In this document: positions 58,961 to 64,000 of the stretch, piece by piece
Layout of the letters: each line of letters starts with the position of its first letter
Position numbering within the stretch: position 1 is the first letter of the stretch
Assembly: GCA_963750275.1 (NCBI GenBank)
Contig: CAVVQC010000003.1
Location: 145,034 to 209,033 of the forward strand
Reading direction: 5' to 3'
DNA length: 64,000 nt
Source: an uncultured Chloroflexia bacterium
GTDB lineage: Bacteria; Chloroflexota; Chloroflexia; Thermomicrobiales; UBA6265
Program-made: the position numbers and the translations under genes
Notes under the pieces: generated by a model
Database searches by the model: none
The model's input: the letters and a program-made list of their open reading frames with translations, nothing else
Told to the model about the DNA's origin: nothing

Positions 58961-59415
58961 GCGATTCCGTCGCCCCCAACCTTCCCGACGCGCTGGATGA
59001 CAGCGCGCTTCGTGATCTGCTGCTGCGTGCTGAAACGATCGCCGTGATCGGTTGGTCGGACAAGGAAGACCGATCCAGTCACGGTATTGCCGGCTATCTT
59101 CATGCCCAGGGCTATGACGTTGCGCTGGTCAATCCCCGCCTGGCCGGCAAGATGGGCCCCTTCGGCGAACCGGTCTACCGGACCATGGGTGACATCCCCC
59201 GTCATGTCGATATCGTCGATCTCTTCCGTAACGCCAGCTTCGTGCCAGGCCACACCCAGGAAGCGATCGCAATCGGCGCGGGAGCGATCTGGCTGCAATC
59301 CGGGATCGTGAGCCAACCGGCGCGTGCCATGGCGGCAGCGCATGGAATACCCTTTGTGCAGGACAAGTGTATTTCCGTCGCGCACCTCTTTCTGGTGCGG
59401 GCGCGTTCGAATTAG
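58957..59415 (+). CDS. CoA-binding protein (YccU-like)
   Basis: 'TIAVIGWS...RSSH', 'VNP', 'DIVDLFR', 'IWLQSGI', 'VQDKC'; TTGA overlap with acyP. Confidence 0.88.
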   Translation: MSDSVAPNLPDALDDSALRDLLLRAETIAVIGWSDKEDRSSHGIAGYLHAQGYDVALVNPRLAGKMGPFGEPVYRTMGDIPRHVDIVDLFRNASFVPGHTQEAIAIGAGAIWLQSGIVSQPARAMAAAHGIPFVQDKCISVAHLFLVRARSN

Positions 59416-59429
59416 AAAGAACTCATCCG

Positions 59430-59825
59430 ATGGTCGTACCCAAGATTGGCGCCCAGTGGGCCATCAAGAAAATTGCCGACGAGGTCATGGCGCCGCCACC
59501 GGCTCCGCCCCCACCAAATGAGCCCCCTGCCCAACAGGCGTATCAGGCGCCCGTTGAGGAATATGACGAGTTCGACGGTGAGATCGTCAACGATGAGGAG
59601 GGCAGTCCGATCGGCACCGCCCACCGCATGCGCTCGATCGGTATCTATCTCGTCTCCGACTCGCATGGCAACCTGGAGAAAGAGCTCCAGGACTGCATCG
59701 AGGACGAGGAAAGCCGCAAATACTTCATCCGCGACAAGCGCGGCCGCCTGACCGGCGTCATCTTCGCCCCACATCAGGACCGCATGCCCGCCCGTGCCCA
59801 GGCACTCCGCGCGGACGAAATCTAA
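59430..59825 (+). CDS. Hypothetical protein (Pro-rich/acidic N-half, compact C-domain)
   Basis: 131 aa, AGAAAG upstream, follows the yccU-like stop by 14 nt, terminator downstream. Confidence 0.6.
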   Translation: MVVPKIGAQWAIKKIADEVMAPPPAPPPPNEPPAQQAYQAPVEEYDEFDGEIVNDEEGSPIGTAHRMRSIGIYLVSDSHGNLEKELQDCIEDEESRKYFIRDKRGRLTGVIFAPHQDRMPARAQALRADEI

Positions 59826-59856
59826 CCAGTTACTCCCAACAACGCTCTTCATCGTG

Positions 59857-59888
59857 AAAACGGGCCGCCTCAACAGGCGGCCCGTTTT
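59857..59888. terminator. Bidirectional rho-independent terminator
   Basis: AAAA-CGGGCCGCCT-caac-AGGCGGCCCG-TTTT. Confidence 0.82.
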
Positions 59889-60024
59889 GGCATGTGAATT
59901 CCCGGGTACGCCCGTACGAATCGGTAATCCTACGGATACGGTCGCCCAAATGGAAGGGTAAGGTGAATTCCAGGTTCGTCTATGCGGATGACGTTCTTGC
60001 CAGCTCTCAAGAAAGGAGCCTTCC

Positions 60025-61428
60025 ATGACCGCAGTAGCGACGGAAATTCGGGGAATCCCCGCCGAGGCGATCGAGCAATTGCGCACAGGGGTGCGCGGCT
60101 CGGTGATCTCCCCGGACGATCCCGGATATGACACGGCCCGCGCCGTCTATAACGCCATGATCGACAAGCGTCCCGCACTCATCGTGCAATGCGCCGATGT
60201 GGCCGATGTGATGCAGGGGGTGACGTTCGCCAATGCGCACGATCTGCCCATCTGCGTGCGAGGCGGCGGTCACAACGCCGCGGGGCTAGGAACCTGTGAC
60301 GACGGTGTCGTCATCGACCTGGGCCGTATGAACGCGGTGCATGTCAATCCCAACACCCAAAGAGTGCTGGTCGAGGGCGGCGCGCTCTGGGGCGATGTCG
60401 ACCATGCCACCCATCCGTTCGGATTGGCCGTGCCCTGCGGCATCATCTCCACCACCGGGGTCGGTGGGCTCACGCTGGGCGGCGGATTTGGCTATCTCAG
60501 CCGGAAGCATGGTCTCACCATCGATAACCTGGTTTCGGCCGATCTTGTACTCGCCGACGGCTCATTCGTGACGGTCAGCGAAACCGAGCATTCCGATCTC
60601 TTCTGGGCCATTCGCGGCGGCGGCGGCAACTTCGGCGTGGTAACCGCGTTCGAATTCCAGGCTCATCCCGTCAGCACCGTGACCGCCGGGGTGCTCTTCT
60701 ACGAGCTCGATAAAGCCGAAGAGTTGATGAAGCTCTATCGCACGTTCATCGACGACGCTCCCCGGGAGCTTGGCATCTTCTTTGGGTTCCTCATGACCCC
60801 ACCGGCACCTTTCCTGCCGGAAGAGCTGCATCTCAAGAACATGGCCAAAATGGTCTTCTGCTTCGATGGTCCGGAAACCGAGGCGCGCAAAGTCATCGAG
60901 CCGTTCCTCGAGGTCGGCCCGGCAGCCGAGGTTGGTGGCGAGATGCCGTTTGCGATGTGGAACGCCATGTTCGACGAGCTCTTCCCCGCCGGTCGCCATG
61001 ACTACTGGAAAGCCGACTATCTGACAGACATCAGCGATGAGCTCATCGAGGTGCATCTCCGGTATGGCGGCGAGCTCCCGAACCCGCATGGCGCGGTTCA
61101 TATCTATTCGGTCAACGGCGCGATTCAGGATGTCGGCCCGCATGACACGGCCTATAGCCATCGCGATGCCAAATTCGCCTTCGTGAACTTGATGACCGAC
61201 GACGACCCATCGCGCATGCCAGACCACATCGCCTTCGCGCGCGACTACTGGAATGCCCAGCATCCCTTCACCGCCGGCGGCGCGTACGTCAACATGATGA
61301 TGGACGAGGGAAGCGATCGGGTGAAAGACTCCTACCGCGACAACTACCCGCGCCTGCAGGCGATCAAGGCAAAGGTCGATCCGCACAACCGCTTCCGGAT
61401 CAACCAGAACATCACCCCGAAGGCATGA
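60025..61428 (+). CDS. FAD-binding oxidoreductase (FAD_binding_4 + BBE; 6-hydroxy-D-nicotine oxidase-like)
   Basis: Covalent-FAD His motif 'RGGGHN', 'GVGGLTLGGG', 'LFWAIRGGGGNFGVVT', 'YVN', 'K...DPHNRF'. Confidence 0.93.
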   Translation: MTAVATEIRGIPAEAIEQLRTGVRGSVISPDDPGYDTARAVYNAMIDKRPALIVQCADVADVMQGVTFANAHDLPICVRGGGHNAAGLGTCDDGVVIDLGRMNAVHVNPNTQRVLVEGGALWGDVDHATHPFGLAVPCGIISTTGVGGLTLGGGFGYLSRKHGLTIDNLVSADLVLADGSFVTVSETEHSDLFWAIRGGGGNFGVVTAFEFQAHPVSTVTAGVLFYELDKAEELMKLYRTFIDDAPRELGIFFGFLMTPPAPFLPEELHLKNMAKMVFCFDGPETEARKVIEPFLEVGPAAEVGGEMPFAMWNAMFDELFPAGRHDYWKADYLTDISDELIEVHLRYGGELPNPHGAVHIYSVNGAIQDVGPHDTAYSHRDAKFAFVNLMTDDDPSRMPDHIAFARDYWNAQHPFTAGGAYVNMMMDEGSDRVKDSYRDNYPRLQAIKAKVDPHNRFRINQNITPKA

Positions 61429-61435
61429 CGCGATC

Positions 61436-61466
61436 GCTGGCGCCGTGGTAATCCCACGGCGCCAGC
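61436..61466. terminator. Hairpin between convergent genes
   Basis: GCTGGCGCCGTGG-taatc-CCACGGCGCCAGC. Confidence 0.6.
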
Positions 61467-61473
61467 CGGGCGC

Positions 61474-63318
61474 TTAGCTCAGGAGATCCAAGCCACTGCA
61501 CATATCGGTAACGTCTTTCAGTTCGGTTTGATTCAGGTACACCCATGCCTGACTCGCCAGTACGAGGGCGGGTTGCGGCGGATTCTGGCTGAAGAGCTCC
61601 ATGTTTTCGGCGTCCGCCTCCAGACCCACCAGCCGCAGCACATTCGGCAGCGTTTGAGCGTAGCCCACGGACTCCGCGAAACCGCGCCCCAGATCCTCGC
61701 CATTCGGACCGAGAAGATAGACAGCGCCTTCCGAATACTGCGCGCCGCCGGCGAAAAAGCCCGATTGCCCGGTGCTAACGATCGGTTTCATGGTGAACAC
61801 GCGGATGTCCTCCGGAACGTCCTCACCAAAGGTGAAATCCCACTTGTCCGGGTACCAGGTGTACGTGGGCGGATAGGTGTCCGGTGACGGCGTATCGACA
61901 CTCAGGATCCATTCGGTGATCGCAAGCTCGCCCTCGACCGCGGTCGTGACCGAGTCGGGATCCATGTATTTCGCATGGACTTTTCGCGTCATCGTGCCCG
62001 GCGGATTCGGCCCGGTTTGTTGATAAAAATCCAGATAGTCATTGGTATGAATGGCGTAGGCAGTAATCTCGCGGCTGCCATTGAACTGCGCCATGAACCA
62101 GTCCCATCCAGCTGGGCTAGCCGGCGAGAGATTATTGGCCGCGCGCACCACCTCGGTCCGGGCGATCGATGCAAGCGTGCCCCACTGATGGTCGAACCAG
62201 AAAGTGCCTTCCTTGAGCTTTGCGGTCGTTCCATCGATGGTGAGCGAGCTCACGTCCGGATCGAGCGCCAATCCTGGAACGGAGTAGTAAAGCGTGCCCA
62301 GGCCGTCGCAGCAGGGCGTACATCCATCCGCGCCTTGCAGGAGAATCCCCTTGCCGCCAGTGAAGGTCAGATCGATGGAGAACGTCACCGGAGTGATTTC
62401 GCCGTCGTCCTGACCCCAGGCCTGCAAGCGGATCGGGTAGATATCGCCGGCATCAGCCTGACCACCGGAGGAGGTAATGCTGTTCTTGCCCATAGTCGCG
62501 CCGAGCTTGTCGCTTTCGAAGGTGAGCAAGCCAGTCGTGCCAGCAATGGCGATCGGCTTGGCCTGATAATGGCGCTCGCCCGCCCGGGCAACGGCGAAAT
62601 GCAGTTCGACGATCTGATTTTCGACATCGGAGAGCTCGAGGGTTTTCGCCAGATCGGGTGGAACGAGCGATGCCCGGAAGAACATCATCTCGAGGCCGTA
62701 CTCCTGACCATCCTCCGCAACAGCGCTGCCAACGAAGAAATACCAGCCGATTTGCGAGGTCAAGTCAGCGGCGTGCCGCTGTGGGAATTGGAAATCTGCC
62801 TGGGTTGGCAGCGGTGGAAAGCCGCGACTTTGTTCCGGGCCGATCAGATTGCTCAGGAGATATGCCTGGTGTGCGCTGAGCGACTGGGACACAGTCGCCA
62901 ACTCTTCGTAGCGCGGACTGTAGCTCTGCACAAACGAGAGCGGCTGGGCGATCAGCTCCAGCAGGCGCGCTCCCATGCGCAAGCCAAAAGCGGTGTTGCT
63001 GTTCTTGGGTCCCAGGATCTGGGAGAGTGCGTCAGGCGGGATATCGGCCACGGTCAGCGCATCGGACGTCGTCCAGAGCACGCGGGCGATAGCGTCTTTC
63101 GTATCGGGATCGAGGGCGTCCAGTCCCGCTTGCGCACCGGTGGCGGCGTCGGCCATGGGGGAAGCGACCGGGCTGGCATCCTGCGCCAGCGAAAGGGCCG
63201 GCATCTTGGCCAACCCGACCGAGGCCAGCCCAACGGCACCCGCCCCCTTGATGAGTGCGCGACGCGACTCTACGCGCGAGATGAATCGAGTGAGGGCGTC
63301 AAACCGCTCGTCTTGCAT
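61474..63318 (-). CDS. Tat-exported AttH/CrtC-like double-lipocalin (hydratase-like) protein
   Basis: 'ESRRALI...SLA|QD'; 'FPQRHAAD...GWYFFVG', 'TLYYS', 'GTFWFDHQWG', 'WDWF'. Confidence 0.75.
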   Translation of the reverse strand: MQDERFDALTRFISRVESRRALIKGAGAVGLASVGLAKMPALSLAQDASPVASPMADAATGAQAGLDALDPDTKDAIARVLWTTSDALTVADIPPDALSQILGPKNSNTAFGLRMGARLLELIAQPLSFVQSYSPRYEELATVSQSLSAHQAYLLSNLIGPEQSRGFPPLPTQADFQFPQRHAADLTSQIGWYFFVGSAVAEDGQEYGLEMMFFRASLVPPDLAKTLELSDVENQIVELHFAVARAGERHYQAKPIAIAGTTGLLTFESDKLGATMGKNSITSSGGQADAGDIYPIRLQAWGQDDGEITPVTFSIDLTFTGGKGILLQGADGCTPCCDGLGTLYYSVPGLALDPDVSSLTIDGTTAKLKEGTFWFDHQWGTLASIARTEVVRAANNLSPASPAGWDWFMAQFNGSREITAYAIHTNDYLDFYQQTGPNPPGTMTRKVHAKYMDPDSVTTAVEGELAITEWILSVDTPSPDTYPPTYTWYPDKWDFTFGEDVPEDIRVFTMKPIVSTGQSGFFAGGAQYSEGAVYLLGPNGEDLGRGFAESVGYAQTLPNVLRLVGLEADAENMELFSQNPPQPALVLASQAWVYLNQTELKDVTDMCSGLDLLS

Positions 63319-63560
63319 GCAATGTTCTCCCTATTCGTACCCACACGGCAAAGCTGGGCGCCCACTGCGCCGGTCGTTGCTGGCCGGATCTCACCATTCG
63401 ATCCCGACACTTCGGAACCGAGTCACATCAGTTGCTTTCGCGGCTTTTGAGTGAACGCTAAGGCAGTCTACAACGCTTGATTTTTCGTCGCAATCGGGCC
63501 TGCAAGTAGTCGATCGCCCGATAGAAGAATTTGCCCAGAGTCGAAGGAACAGCGCCTCCG

Positions 63561-64000
63561 CTACGAAATCAGCCCGCTTCCGATCGCAGCCAACCGCGCA
63601 ACCTCGCCCATGACCGGTTCCGCGTCATGCAAGACGGGGAAACCATCGGTCAGGACGCTGACGACCATGTCCCCACTGGTGCCACGTACGAAACCCGACA
63701 TCATGCGAAACCGTGCCGACAGTTCCGGTTTTCGATCCCCAGGGCAGGGTTCCTTCCGGAAAAGATCGGCCGATCCGGCGCGTGTTCTGTTGCAGCGTGA
63801 GCATTTCGATCATGCCGTCGCAGCTTTCCCGCGAAGCGGCAGTACCGGTAAGAATGGCGTCGATGCAGGTTCGGAAATCGTTCGCGGTGGCCCAGTTCTC
63901 GGGTGCGCCGTCTTTGGCGGGAACACCACGCATCTTGCGCCCCAGCGCGGAATTCGGCATGTCGAGCGAAGCGATCGCCTCGTTGACATGCTCCATACCG
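63561..64000 (-). CDS. C-terminal part of a class A beta-lactamase-like serine hydrolase (5' end outside window); +1 frameshift near 63692
   Basis: 'ENWATAND', 'WGSKTG', 'HDVG|FVRG...VVSVLT', stop at 63561 after the frameshift is corrected. Confidence 0.75.

Noticed and set aside
61975-63450. 491-aa plus-strand ORF
   Set aside because: Antisense to the AttH-like gene, which has the signal peptide, RBS and family motifs.
984-63700. Programmed ribosomal frameshifting or mass pseudogenisation as the cause of the split genes
   Set aside because: No shared slippery sequences, uniform one-base-insertion bias across unrelated genes, and no accumulation of nonsense mutations; an artefact is more parsimonious, pending read data.

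Overview
GC-rich bacterial chromosomal window of about 52 genes, mostly metabolic and transport. By inference it comes from Chloroflexota, probably Thermomicrobiales, based on Tat-type signal peptides without lipoboxes and S/T-P-rich ATP/ASP linkers. It holds five ABC uptake systems (2 CUT1 sugar, 1 peptide/nickel, 1 polar amino acid, 1 CUT2 sugar with an ATPase-permease fusion) and associated catabolic enzymes: a TPP-dependent E1a/E1b/E2 complex, LLM oxidoreductases, Gfo/Idh/MocA dehydrogenases, an amidohydrolase, a CocE hydrolase and a sulfatase. It also contains tatC, acyP, a beta carbonic anhydrase, a BisC-like molybdoenzyme and a compact methyltransferase/flavoprotein/SRPBCC cyclase/ketosynthase operon with no ACP. 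I found no rRNA, tRNA, CRISPR-cas, transposase or phage gene. About 16 frameshifts in 12 genes, nearly all repaired by removing one base, look like sequencing indels rather than real decay. The intergenic DNA is crowded with several REP-like palindrome families, one showing compensatory base changes. Best leads are the ACP-less ketosynthase-cyclase operon, a candidate LexA-box-controlled DUF3224 protein with a histone-like basic tail, the structured REP families, and a shared Ala|Gln(-Asp) N-terminus on exported proteins. All family assignments come from motif recognition by eye, with no database search.
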